Origin: Candidatus Saccharimonadota bacterium
GTDB taxonomy: Bacteria; Patescibacteriota; Saccharimonadia; Saccharimonadales; Saccharimonadaceae
Reading direction: 5' to 3'
Assembly: GCA_017515285.1 (NCBI GenBank)
Contig: JAFWGN010000007.1
Location: forward strand, 48,921 to 112,920
Length of the DNA stretch: 64,000 bases
Part shown: piece by piece, positions 36,638 to 45,882 of the stretch
How the letters are laid out: the number at the start of each line of letters is the position of its first letter
How positions within the stretch are numbered: position 1 is the first letter of the stretch
Made by a program: the position numbers and the translations under genes
Notes under the pieces: model-generated
Told to the model about the DNA's origin: nothing
The model's input: the letters and a program-made list of their open reading frames with translations, nothing else
The model's database searches: none

Positions 36638-37297
36638 TTATTTTACCATAAGTTTGTAACCAAGTCCGCGAACGGTTTTGATTTCGACTTTGGATTTGAG
36701 AGATTTGAGTTTTTTGCGGAGGTAGGACATATAGACTTCGACGTAATTGTCCTCCGCCATCATGTCGGCGCCCCAGACGTGCGCTAAAATGTAGTCTTTT
36801 TGGACGGTTTTGTCGCCGGATTTGATGAGCATTTCGAGAATTTCGGCTTCTTTTTCGGTGAGGGCGACGCCGTTAATCGTCCGATTGTTAAGGTCGAGGA
36901 CTAAATCTTCGAATTTGAGGGTTTTGGTTTCGCGGAGAGCGGGGCGACGAGTGAGGGCGTTCAAGCGGGCGATGAGTTCCTTGGTTTTGAAAGGCTTGGC
37001 GAGATAGTCGTCGGCGCCGATTTCAAGACCCTTAACCTTGTCTTCGACTTCGGAGAGGGCGGAGAGCATAATGACGGGAGTTTTAATTCCCTGCTTGCGG
37101 ATAATCTCAAGGATTTCGAGGCCGGACATTTTGGGGAGCATGATGTCGAGGACGATGCAATCATAGACCGGCTTTTTCGCGAGTCGTAAACCGTCCTCGC
37201 CGTTGTCGGCCCAATCGACGTTGATGCCGGATTTTTCCAAAAGGTGCGTTACGGCGTCGGCTAGTAATTTTTCATCTTCTACATAAAGTATTCTCAT
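36638..37297 (-). CDS. OmpR-family response regulator
   Basis: REC domain (D in DCIVLDIMLP) plus a winged-helix C-terminal domain. Confidence 0.9.
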   Translation of the reverse strand: MRILYVEDEKLLADAVTHLLEKSGINVDWADNGEDGLRLAKKPVYDCIVLDIMLPKMSGLEILEIIRKQGIKTPVIMLSALSEVEDKVKGLEIGADDYLAKPFKTKELIARLNALTRRPALRETKTLKFEDLVLDLNNRTINGVALTEKEAEILEMLIKSGDKTVQKDYILAHVWGADMMAEDNYVEVYMSYLRKKLKSLKSKVEIKTVRGLGYKLMVK

Positions 37298-37334
37298 ATT
37301 TTATTTCCTTGTTTATAATATATATTATATATAG

Positions 37335-37379
37335 AAACCTTAAAATGAACCTTAAAATTTCGCGTAGATTTTAAGGTTT
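37335..37379. promoter_or_regulatory. Candidate operator: direct repeats AACCTTAAAAT x2 embedded in a 12-bp perfect inverted repeat (AAACCTTAAAAT / ATTTTAAGGTTT)
   Basis: Seen in the divergent intergenic region between the response-regulator operon and the 37397 gene. Confidence 0.4.
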
Positions 37380-37396
37380 GGAAGAATGGAGAAAAA

Positions 37397-37732
37397 ATGG
37401 AAAATTCGGAAATTGTCGATGCGTTGTCGGGGGTTTGGTATCTGGCGACGGTCGAAGACGACCAGCCGCACGTGCGACCGTTTGACAAAGCAACGGAAAT
37501 TAACGGTGAGATTTATGTCGGGACGAACCGCATAAAGAAAGTATTTGCGCAGATGGTAGAAAATCCGAAAGTGGAGGTTTATGCGCTTAATGAATTTGGC
37601 TCGTGTCGGTTTACGGCGGAGGCTTATGGGGAGACGGATGCGAAGATTACGAGAGAGGCGTTTTCCAAAATGGGAAAGCCGATGGACGAGAACTCGGTGG
37701 CGATAAAATTTGAGAAAATTCGTAAAGCCTAG
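37397..37732 (+). CDS. Pyridoxamine 5'-phosphate oxidase-like FMN-binding split-barrel protein
   Basis: 111 aa; the size and pattern (…LATVEDDQPHVRPF…EIYVGTN…) fit the PNPOx-like family. The assignment is from memory and moderate. Confidence 0.5.
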   Translation: MENSEIVDALSGVWYLATVEDDQPHVRPFDKATEINGEIYVGTNRIKKVFAQMVENPKVEVYALNEFGSCRFTAEAYGETDAKITREAFSKMGKPMDENSVAIKFEKIRKA

Positions 37733-38850
37733 CTGCGGATTCGGCGGAGGTTCGGGAGTTCTTCGACGAGGACTTTAATGCAGCCGGCGATGGGGATGGC
37801 GATGATGGCGCCGAAGAGACCGAACATATAAGTCCCGATAGTGATGGCGATAAGGATGATGATGGGGCGAAGTTTGAGAGCGTTGCCCTGGATTTTGGGG
37901 GCGAAAATGTTGACTTCGATGAAACCGTAAACGATGTAGAAAGCGAGCCAGGTGATAGCCATGAGCGGGCTAGTGAAGAGAAGGATTAGGGTTACGAGGG
38001 TGGCGCCGATGACTTGGCCGAACATGGGGATTAGGTAGAAGGTCATGGTGATTAGGCCGGCGGGGATGGCGAGGCGGGCTTCGACGCCGAAAATCATGGA
38101 GATAATGAAGACGGAGATAGCGGTGGCACAACCGTCGGCTAGGGCGATGACGACTTGGTGGGAGACGAAGGTGGAGACGACGTGCGACATTTTGGTTACG
38201 ATGACGCGACCTTCGGTGACGGCCTTGACTTCGGGATCCTTGACGTTTTCGGCGTCTTTAAGAGATTCTCTTGCGCCGATTTTGGTCCAGAGGGTATTGA
38301 CGATTCCGGGGCCGTCGAGGAGGAAGAAGAGGGTCATAATGAGGACGACGGCGGCCTTGCCGAGGAGGGTGCTGACGGTGGAAATTCCGGAGACGACACC
38401 GGTGCCGAGGGAGCTTAAGAGGTTTTTGGAGAGATCTTCGATTGAGCGGACGATTTCGGTAGAAAGGCTTTCGATGCCGAAGGTCTTTCCGAGGCCGTTT
38501 AAGCCGGAGAGGTCGGCGTTTTCGACCATGGCGGGGAAGTTGGTGACGAATTTGGAAAATTCGGAGATGATGACGGGGCCGACGACGGCGAGAACGGCGA
38601 CAATGGCGAGGAGAACGATGAGGTAGGCTAGGACGGAGGCGAGGTTGCTCTTTTTGGTTTTTTGGCCGATGAGGTTGTTGACGTTAAGGGCGAGCGGGCG
38701 AATGGCGATAGCGAGAAGGGCGGCGACGGCGATTAAAGCGAGCGCTTCGGCGGCGCTAATTAGCAAAAAGCCGACCAGGCCGAACCCGAGGATAACGAGC
38801 CAAAAACGGATGAATGTTTTAGTTTCTACTTCGACGATTTGCCTGGGCAT
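37729..38850 (-). CDS. AI-2E family (PerM/UPF0118) transporter
   Basis: Eight predicted TM segments; size and topology are typical. RBS aaggagg. Confidence 0.75.
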   Translation of the reverse strand: MPRQIVEVETKTFIRFWLVILGFGLVGFLLISAAEALALIAVAALLAIAIRPLALNVNNLIGQKTKKSNLASVLAYLIVLLAIVAVLAVVGPVIISEFSKFVTNFPAMVENADLSGLNGLGKTFGIESLSTEIVRSIEDLSKNLLSSLGTGVVSGISTVSTLLGKAAVVLIMTLFFLLDGPGIVNTLWTKIGARESLKDAENVKDPEVKAVTEGRVIVTKMSHVVSTFVSHQVVIALADGCATAISVFIISMIFGVEARLAIPAGLITMTFYLIPMFGQVIGATLVTLILLFTSPLMAITWLAFYIVYGFIEVNIFAPKIQGNALKLRPIIILIAITIGTYMFGLFGAIIAIPIAGCIKVLVEELPNLRRIRS

Positions 38851-38923
38851 AGACCTCCTTATTTATATATATTATAATAGCATATGTTTTCAATTTTTGG
38901 GGAAAAATGGTAAAATAATTTTA

Positions 38924-40018
38924 ATGTTAGTTTCGGATTTTAATTATGAACTTCCGGAAGAGCGGATTGCGAAGTTCCCGCCAGAGAGGCGCGGGACGAC
39001 TCGGCTCTGTGTTTTGAATCGGCGGACGGGGGAAATTGCCGATTCTTATTATGCGGAGCTAACGCAGTTTTTGAAGAGGGGCGATGTTTTAGTGCTTAAC
39101 GATACGAAAGTACAACGGTCGCGACTATTTACGGAGCTTCCGGACGGGCGAGCGAGAGAACTCGTTGTGCTTGAAAAACACGGAAACGAACCGCAACACG
39201 TCATGTACCGCGGGAAACTGCATGACGGGGACGTGCTTCGGGTACTTAAAGCGGATTTTTCGGGGCGGGAAAATTCGAGCGCAAAACGAAGCGAGGAAAT
39301 TTCGAAACTCGAGAAGACGGAAAATTATGTCCGAGTGCTTCAGATTTTAGATGGCGGGTTTGCAGAGGTGGAGGCATTTTCTTCTCTTGGCGGGTTTAAG
39401 CCGGTTGAACTGACTAAACTTGCGGAGGAATTTGGATCGGTGCCCTTGCCGCCATACCTTCACCGCGACGCGAGCGAGGCGGACAAGGAACGCTACCAGA
39501 CGGTTTGGGCGAAGAATATGGGGAGTGCGGCAGCGCCGACGGCGTCTCTAAATATGACTGGGGAGTTGATTGAGAGGCTTAAACTTAAAGGTGTAAGAAT
39601 TTGTTATTTGACGCTTCACGTTGGACTCGGGACGTTCTTGCCAATTCGGACGGATGAGGTCGAAAAACACAAAATGCATTCGGAATGGTTTGACATTCCG
39701 GAAGAGACTATTAAGGCGATTCTGGCTGCGAAGCGGGACGGGCGGAGAGTGGTCGCGGTGGGGACGACGGTCGCGAGGACGCTAGAGTATTATGCGAAAA
39801 CCGGCGAGACGGAGGGGGAGGACGATATTTTTATCTATCCGGGATTTAAGTTTGAGATGATTGACGCGCTTTTGACGAATTTCCACGCGCCGAAGTCAAC
39901 GGTCTTGATGCTTGCGTCGGCGTTTGCGGGATGGCCGTTTTTGAAGGCGGCCTATGAACATTGTATCGAAGAGAAATATAATTTCTTGAGTTACGGGGAT
40001 TCGATGTTGATATGTTGA
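38924..40018 (+). CDS. queA: S-adenosylmethionine:tRNA ribosyltransferase-isomerase
   Basis: MLVSDFNYELPEERIAKFPPERRGTTRL... QueA. The start was moved to an ATG with TAAAAT 7 nt upstream; the track ORF start lies inside the upstream gene. Confidence 0.9.
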   Translation: MLVSDFNYELPEERIAKFPPERRGTTRLCVLNRRTGEIADSYYAELTQFLKRGDVLVLNDTKVQRSRLFTELPDGRARELVVLEKHGNEPQHVMYRGKLHDGDVLRVLKADFSGRENSSAKRSEEISKLEKTENYVRVLQILDGGFAEVEAFSSLGGFKPVELTKLAEEFGSVPLPPYLHRDASEADKERYQTVWAKNMGSAAAPTASLNMTGELIERLKLKGVRICYLTLHVGLGTFLPIRTDEVEKHKMHSEWFDIPEETIKAILAAKRDGRRVVAVGTTVARTLEYYAKTGETEGEDDIFIYPGFKFEMIDALLTNFHAPKSTVLMLASAFAGWPFLKAAYEHCIEEKYNFLSYGDSMLIC

Positions 40019-41136
40019 AATTCGACATAACAAAACGCGAAGGGCTGGCGCGAGTTGGGGTGATTCATACTCCGCACGGCGAGATTAAAACGCCGGCATT
40101 CGTCGGGGCGGCGACGCGGGCGACAGTGAAGGCACTGACGTTTTCGCAGATGAGGGAACTCGGAAGCCAAGCGGTGCTCGCGAATACATATCACTTATTT
40201 TTGAGACCGGGGGCGGCTTTAATTCGGGAAGGGGGAGGGCTTGCGGAGTTTATGAGTTGGAACGGTCCGACGTTTACGGATTCGGGTGGATTCCAGATTT
40301 TTTCGTTGCCCGAGGTTAAACTTTCCGAGGAGGGGGCGACTTTTCGGAGCCATATTGACGGGTCGAAGTTTTTGATGACGCCGGAACTTTCGATGCAGAC
40401 GCAATGGGAAATTGGGGCGGACATTCACATGGCGTTCGACCAGCTCGCGAAGTCGGAGTCTTTTTCCGACATGAAACGGGCGATGGAGCGGACGCACCGG
40501 TGGCTTGAGCGGTGCGTGGCTGAAAACTCGAAGTTACGCGAAGAGCATTTGGCAAAAGGTCTCCCGGAGCAATACCTTTACGCGGTGGTGCAGGGCGGTG
40601 ATTTTTTGGACCTTCGGAAAGAGTCGGCGGAGTTTGTCGCTGGGCAGGAGGTTGACGGATTCGGGATTGGCGGGGTGTTTACGGCGGAAGGAATGGACAA
40701 GATGCTCTCCACGGTTTGTTCAATTTTGCCGGAAGAGAAACCGCGACACTTGCTCGGGATGGGGCAGGAGCCGAGGGATTTATTTATCGGGGCGGAGTTT
40801 GGGGTGGATACGTTCGATTGCGTTGGTCCGACGCGGATGGCGAGGAACGGGTCGCTTTATACGCTTGATGGGCGCATGAATATCAAAAATGCTCGGTTTA
40901 AACATGATTTTTCGCCCGTGATGGAAGGGTGCGATTGCGAATGTTGCAAAAATTACAACAAGGCGTATTTGCACCATCTGTTTAAGGTGGACGAGATTAC
41001 AGCGAAAGTACTAGCGTCGATTCATAATGAACACTTCGTCGTCTCGGTGGTGGACAAAATTCGCAATTCCCTGCTTTCTGGGGGTTTTACGGATTACAAA
41101 AACACGTTTCTTCGGCGGTATTATTCTAGTCGGTAA
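40012..41136 (+). CDS. tgt: Queuine tRNA-ribosyltransferase
   Basis: ...TPAFVGAATRATVKAL...DSGGFQIFSL... plus the zinc site CxCxxC (CDCECC). Confidence 0.95.
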   Translation: MLKFDITKREGLARVGVIHTPHGEIKTPAFVGAATRATVKALTFSQMRELGSQAVLANTYHLFLRPGAALIREGGGLAEFMSWNGPTFTDSGGFQIFSLPEVKLSEEGATFRSHIDGSKFLMTPELSMQTQWEIGADIHMAFDQLAKSESFSDMKRAMERTHRWLERCVAENSKLREEHLAKGLPEQYLYAVVQGGDFLDLRKESAEFVAGQEVDGFGIGGVFTAEGMDKMLSTVCSILPEEKPRHLLGMGQEPRDLFIGAEFGVDTFDCVGPTRMARNGSLYTLDGRMNIKNARFKHDFSPVMEGCDCECCKNYNKAYLHHLFKVDEITAKVLASIHNEHFVVSVVDKIRNSLLSGGFTDYKNTFLRRYYSSR

Positions 41137-42538
41137 ATTGCCAAAGCGTACCTTCTTCGGTGTCGAGAAGGGTGAGATTTTGCGCTTTTAGTTCGTCGCG
41201 GATTTTATCGGCGGTCTCGTAGTCCTTATTTTCGCGGGCTTCGTTTCGCTTCTTAATGAGCGGTTGGAGCCGGTTGTCGAGCTTTTCGTATTCGGCGTCC
41301 TTATCGATGTTCGAGATGTTGAGAGCGAAGAGGGCTTCAACAACGCTCCAGTCGAGAAGCTGTAGGTTGTTCAAGTTTTCGTCGATGAGGGCGAAGGCGG
41401 CGGCGGAGTTTAAATCGTCGTTTACGGCGCTTATGATTTGTTGTTTGAAAGTGGCAAACTTTTCACCGTCGCTGGAAAGCATTTGGCCCCGTAAAGAGCG
41501 ATTTTCTTTACTCGTTTGTTGGAAACGGGCGACATAGGCGTTTTGCCATTTGAGTCTTCTATTTTTGGCGGCGGCTAAATCTTCCCAAGTGAAGTTGCGC
41601 TCGCTGCGGTAGTGGCCCTGGTAGAGCCAGAGCTTAAAGTCGGAGGCGGAGAAGCCTTTTTGTTCTAAATCTTCAAGTGTGACGATGTTACCGAGGGATT
41701 TGCTGATTTTTTCGCCGTTTATGGTTAGAAAATTACAGTGAAGCCAGAAGTTCGCGAGTTTTTCGTGGAAGGCGCCGAACGATTGAGCGATTTCGTTGGT
41801 GTGGTGGACGGGGATGTGGTCGATGCCGCCGGCGTGAAGGTCGATAGGCTCACCGAGCTCTTCATGGATGATGGTGGAACATTCGAGGTGCCAACCAGGG
41901 TAGCCGGGGCGTCCGAGGAAATCCCAACGCATGGCGTGGAGCTCGCCGGGTTTGATGAACTTCCAGACGGCGAAGTCGGAGGCGTTTCGCTTTTCGCTGC
42001 TAAAAGCGACGCGGGCGCCGGCTTTTTGATGGTCGAGGTCGAGGCGGGCAAAATCTTTGTATTCGGGGAATTTAGAAGTGTCGAAGTAGACGCCGTCAGA
42101 AGTTTCATATGTGAAGTCGTTTTTGATGAGCTTTTCGACGAGAGCTTCGGATTCTTTAATATAGTCGGTCGCGCGCGCCCATTTGACGGGTTCTAGGAGG
42201 TTTAATTTTTCGAAGCCGGTTTTGAAGACGTCGATGTAGTGGTCCGCGATTTCCCAGACGGTTTTGCCTTCCCTTTTCGCGCCTTTTTCGAGCTTATCTT
42301 CGCCGTCGTCGCCGTCACTGGTGAGGTGACCGACGTCGGTGAGGTTAATGATGCGGTAGGGCTTTAGGCCGTTTGCCATCATGGTGCGCTCGAGGAGGTC
42401 CCAATAGACGTAGGCGGCATAGTTGCCGATATGGGGCGTGGAATAGACGGTTGGGCCGCAGGAATAGAAGGTGACCTTGTTCGGGTTCTGGGGTTTGAAG
42501 GTTTCAAGTTTTTTGGTGGCGGTGTTAAAAAGTTTCAT
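41126..42538 (-). CDS. cysS: Cysteinyl-tRNA synthetase
   Basis: HIGN (HIGH-class motif) and KISKSLGN (KMSKS). Confidence 0.95.
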   Translation of the reverse strand: MKLFNTATKKLETFKPQNPNKVTFYSCGPTVYSTPHIGNYAAYVYWDLLERTMMANGLKPYRIINLTDVGHLTSDGDDGEDKLEKGAKREGKTVWEIADHYIDVFKTGFEKLNLLEPVKWARATDYIKESEALVEKLIKNDFTYETSDGVYFDTSKFPEYKDFARLDLDHQKAGARVAFSSEKRNASDFAVWKFIKPGELHAMRWDFLGRPGYPGWHLECSTIIHEELGEPIDLHAGGIDHIPVHHTNEIAQSFGAFHEKLANFWLHCNFLTINGEKISKSLGNIVTLEDLEQKGFSASDFKLWLYQGHYRSERNFTWEDLAAAKNRRLKWQNAYVARFQQTSKENRSLRGQMLSSDGEKFATFKQQIISAVNDDLNSAAAFALIDENLNNLQLLDWSVVEALFALNISNIDKDAEYEKLDNRLQPLIKKRNEARENKDYETADKIRDELKAQNLTLLDTEEGTLWQFTD

Positions 42539-43529
42539 TTTCGGCCTCCTTTAATAAACCCGGGACGATGGAGACGAGGTCTTTCAAACAGTCTTCGTAA
42601 GAGAGGTCGTAGGTGCGGAAGCCGGCGGCGTAAGGGTGACCACCGCCACCGTAGTAGCCGGCGATTTGTTCGGCGACGGGGACGCTGGTGCGGATTTTGC
42701 CGGTTATTTTACCGTCTGGATAGGTTTTTACGGCGACGGCGACCTTGACGCCCTCAACGAGGCGAAGTTCTTCGAGAATGAGGACGTTGGGGTTGTATTC
42801 GTCGGAGTATGCTTCGATGTCTTCCCAGGGGATGTGGACAGTGGCGAGTGTGCCGTCCAAAGAATAATCGACGCGTTTGATGAGGTCGGCCTTGTAGTCG
42901 AGGATGCGGGGGGATTTTTTCATAAACTCGCGGCGAGCTTCTTCGAGGTCGGCGATGTTGAGGCTTCCGGCTTCGAGAAGGGTAGCGATGTGGCGGAAAG
43001 TGTCGGGGGAGGTGGAGGTGGAGGTGAGGCCGAGAGTGTCAGAAAGAATACCGTAGATGAGATTTTTGGCGATGTCTTTTGTGATTTTTAGGTTTTGGTC
43101 TTCTATGATTTTGTAGATTAAATCGCAGCAAGCCGGGAGAGGTTCGATAATTGACTTGTGCGGGAAGACGAGGTCGTCTTCGGTTTCGTGGTGGTCGAGG
43201 ACAAGGACGGGTTTTTCGAAGAGTTTGTTTTTGATGGCGGGGTCGTCGAGGAGTTTGGAAAGGAGGACGGTGGAGGCGGTGTCGACGATAATGTAGCCGT
43301 CAGCGCGCCAGTCAAATTCGTCCGTAACTCGAGACCAGTCGGGAAAGTAGCGGAGGTATTTCGGGATGTCAATGGGGCAGTAAAGAGAGACGTCTTTTCC
43401 TTCGAAGTTTTCGGAAATGAGGTAGTCGAGAGCAATGCTAGAGCCTAAAGAGTCGCCATCGGGATTTTCGGCTTGGATAATGCAAAGTTTGGATTTGTCA
43501 GAGAGGAAGTCGATGAAAGATTTGTACAT
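42525..43529 (-). CDS. DHH/DHHA1 phosphoesterase (NrnA-like nanoRNase/pAp phosphatase)
   Basis: DHH motifs (NPDGDSLGSS; VLDHHETE) and DHHA1 GGGHPYAAG. Confidence 0.8.
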   Translation of the reverse strand: MYKSFIDFLSDKSKLCIIQAENPDGDSLGSSIALDYLISENFEGKDVSLYCPIDIPKYLRYFPDWSRVTDEFDWRADGYIIVDTASTVLLSKLLDDPAIKNKLFEKPVLVLDHHETEDDLVFPHKSIIEPLPACCDLIYKIIEDQNLKITKDIAKNLIYGILSDTLGLTSTSTSPDTFRHIATLLEAGSLNIADLEEARREFMKKSPRILDYKADLIKRVDYSLDGTLATVHIPWEDIEAYSDEYNPNVLILEELRLVEGVKVAVAVKTYPDGKITGKIRTSVPVAEQIAGYYGGGGHPYAAGFRTYDLSYEDCLKDLVSIVPGLLKEAENETF

Positions 43530-43568
43530 ATAATATATTATAACATGAGGTATGATATAATGGGAGAT

Positions 43569-44774
43569 ATGGAAATATTGTTGGTAATACTTATAGTGAT
43601 AAATGTGATTTTAACAGGGGTGGTGCTGTTGATTGGAGCGCGGAGTAAAAATGCGACAAAAAATGATGATGAGACCGCGAAAAACGTTGAAAAATTGGTT
43701 GAGGAGAATGTGAAACTTGCAGAAAAGTTGGTAAAGGCAGACACGAAGATTGAGGTTTTGAGTAAGAAGGTGGATGAGCTGACGCCGAAGATTTCGAGCG
43801 AGTTTAGAGAAAACCGGAAGGAGATTTCGGAGAATTTGAGTGGGATTTCCAAGGCGGTTGATACACGGGTGAAGGAGCTTCAGGCGTCGAATGAGAAGAA
43901 GTTGGAGCAGATGAGAGAGACGGTGGATGAGAAGTTGCAGGCGAGCGTCGAGAAGCGATTTAATGAGAGCTTTAAGCAGATTTCGGGGCAGCTCAGTCAG
44001 GTTTATCAAGGGCTTGGGGAGATGAAAAATCTTGCGACGGGAGTGGGTGATTTGAAAAAGGTGATGGAGGGAGTGAAGACGCGAGGGATTTATGGCGAGG
44101 TACAATTGGGAGCGATTATTGAAGATATTTTGACGCCGGCGCAGTATCTTACGAATACTTTAATTAAAAAAGGCAGTTCTGACCGCGTGGAGTTTGCGGT
44201 GCGGATGCCGGGGAAAGAGGCGGAAGTGTTGCTTCCGATTGACTCGAAGTTCCCGGTCGAGAATTATCAGCGGCTTCTAAAAGCGTATGATGAGGGGTCG
44301 AAGGCGGAGATTGAGACGTACCGGAAAGCTTTACGCAAAGATGTTGTAGAGCAGGCGAAGAAGATTCATGATAAATATATCGAAGTGCCAAAGACGACGG
44401 AGTTCGCGATGATGTTTGTGCCGACGGAATCGCTTTATGCTGAGATTTTACGGATTCCGGGGGTGGACGAGGAGATTCGGCAGAAGTATAGTATTTCCCT
44501 GTCAAGCCCGGCGACGCTGCCCGTGATGCTTAATGGGCTTCTTATGGGGTATCGGAGTGTCGCGATTGAGAAACGAAGCGCAGAAGTTTGGAAGATTCTC
44601 GGGGGAGTTAAGGCGCAGTTTGGGAAGTTTGGCGACCTTCTCGAAGGGGTTGAGAAGAAACTTTCGGAGAGTGCGAAGAAGATTGAAGACGCCAGAAAGC
44701 AGAGCCGAAGAATCGAGAAGACGATGAATGATGTCGAATCGTTGCCGGATGATAAGACAGAATTGCTCAGTTAG
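43569..44774 (+). CDS. rmuC: DNA recombination protein RmuC
   Basis: N-terminal TM, coiled-coil, and an RmuC nuclease-like C-terminal domain (VEFAVRMPG...LPIDSKFPVE). The start was chosen at the ATG with TATAAT 7 nt upstream; the alternative is 43560. Confidence 0.75.
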   Translation: MEILLVILIVINVILTGVVLLIGARSKNATKNDDETAKNVEKLVEENVKLAEKLVKADTKIEVLSKKVDELTPKISSEFRENRKEISENLSGISKAVDTRVKELQASNEKKLEQMRETVDEKLQASVEKRFNESFKQISGQLSQVYQGLGEMKNLATGVGDLKKVMEGVKTRGIYGEVQLGAIIEDILTPAQYLTNTLIKKGSSDRVEFAVRMPGKEAEVLLPIDSKFPVENYQRLLKAYDEGSKAEIETYRKALRKDVVEQAKKIHDKYIEVPKTTEFAMMFVPTESLYAEILRIPGVDEEIRQKYSISLSSPATLPVMLNGLLMGYRSVAIEKRSAEVWKILGGVKAQFGKFGDLLEGVEKKLSESAKKIEDARKQSRRIEKTMNDVESLPDDKTELLS

Positions 44775-44778
44775 AAAT

Positions 44779-44956
44779 TATAAAAGTCCATTTTCTCGAC
44801 GGGGTCGCCACCGTCGCTAGCGCGACTTCGCCGCAGTCGTCAAAAAATACCTTAATAGTCGGATTCTCGACATCGGACTTTCGAGTCTCGAATCCGTATC
44901 AAGGTATTTTTGACTGCTGGGCGTGGCTCTTTAATGTCGAAAAAAAGACTTTTATA
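44779..44956. repeat. Long imperfect palindromic repeat family B, copy a (between convergent rmuC and recR)
   Basis: The arms share about 40 nt on each side with 63848-63998 (ttttctcgacggggtcgccaccgtYgctagcgcgac...; ...tatttttgactgctgggcgtggctc...). The whole element is about a 180-bp imperfect palindrome. Confidence 0.75.
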
Positions 44957-44960
44957 ATTT

Positions 44961-45566
44961 CTATAATTTCGTCCTGTTGTTCAGGGCGGCGGAGAGGGTG
45001 ATTTGGTCGGCGTAGGCGAGGTCCACGCCGAGGGGAAGGCCGCGGGCGAGGCGAGTGATTTTTAGGTCTTTGAATTGCTCTTGAAGGAGTTTTTGGAGGA
45101 GGAGGGCGGTGGACTCACCTTCGACGGAGGGGTTGGTTGCGATGATGACTTCCTTGACGGCGTCTTCCTCGACGCGGGCGAGGAGTTCTTTGATGTGAAG
45201 TTTATCGGCGGTTATTCCGTCGATTGGGGAGAGCCGGCCGCCGAGGACGTGGTATGTGCCACGGTATTGCTTTGTGGATTCGATGGGAAAAATGTCGAGA
45301 GGTTCTTCAACGACGAGGATGCTGGACTTGTCGCGGGAGGGGTCGGCGTAGAACGGAGAGACAGATTCGGTGCTGTCGATGAGGGCGAAGGTCTTGGGGC
45401 AGGACTTGACGCCAGAGTGAAGGTGGCTTAAAGTTCCGGCGATGGAGTCGGAGATTTGGGGGTTTGAGCGAAACAAAAAGTAAGCATAACGTTCCGCCGT
45501 GCGCGGGCCGACGCCAGGGAGGTGTCCTAGCGCCTCAATTACATCCTCGAGAGCTTTGGGGAGCAT
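44961..45566 (-). CDS. recR: Recombination protein RecR
   Basis: HhH (LPGVGPRTAERYAYF), a C4 zinc finger region, and a Toprim domain. Confidence 0.95.
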   Translation of the reverse strand: MLPKALEDVIEALGHLPGVGPRTAERYAYFLFRSNPQISDSIAGTLSHLHSGVKSCPKTFALIDSTESVSPFYADPSRDKSSILVVEEPLDIFPIESTKQYRGTYHVLGGRLSPIDGITADKLHIKELLARVEEDAVKEVIIATNPSVEGESTALLLQKLLQEQFKDLKITRLARGLPLGVDLAYADQITLSAALNNRTKL

Positions 45567-45880
45567 TAGAGACCGAGGCTACCCAAGTGTCCCATGAGGG
45601 GCTTCATTTTTTCGGAAGCGATTTCTTGCGCTTTGGCGTAACCGTCGCGGAGGCAGTTTTCGAGCCATCGCTCGAGTTCGTGAATATTGTCGAGATCGAC
45701 GCGCTCGGGGTCGATGGTGATTTTTTTAATCTTTAGTTCCCCGTTGATTTGGACGACAACGGCCCCATCGCCGGCTTCGACTTCGACGAGCTCGTTCTTT
45801 AAGTCTTTCTGCGCTTTTCTGAGTTGGTTAATCATCTTCATTTGGTCTAATGCTTGACCCATATAAAACTCCTTTTTCAA
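45566..45880 (-). CDS. ybaB: Nucleoid-associated protein YbaB/EbfC
   Basis: 104 aa, YbaB fold signature (...VEVEAGDGAVVVQINGELKIKKITIDPE...). Confidence 0.9.
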   Translation of the reverse strand: MKKEFYMGQALDQMKMINQLRKAQKDLKNELVEVEAGDGAVVVQINGELKIKKITIDPERVDLDNIHELERWLENCLRDGYAKAQEIASEKMKPLMGHLGSLGL

Positions 45881-45882
45881 AA

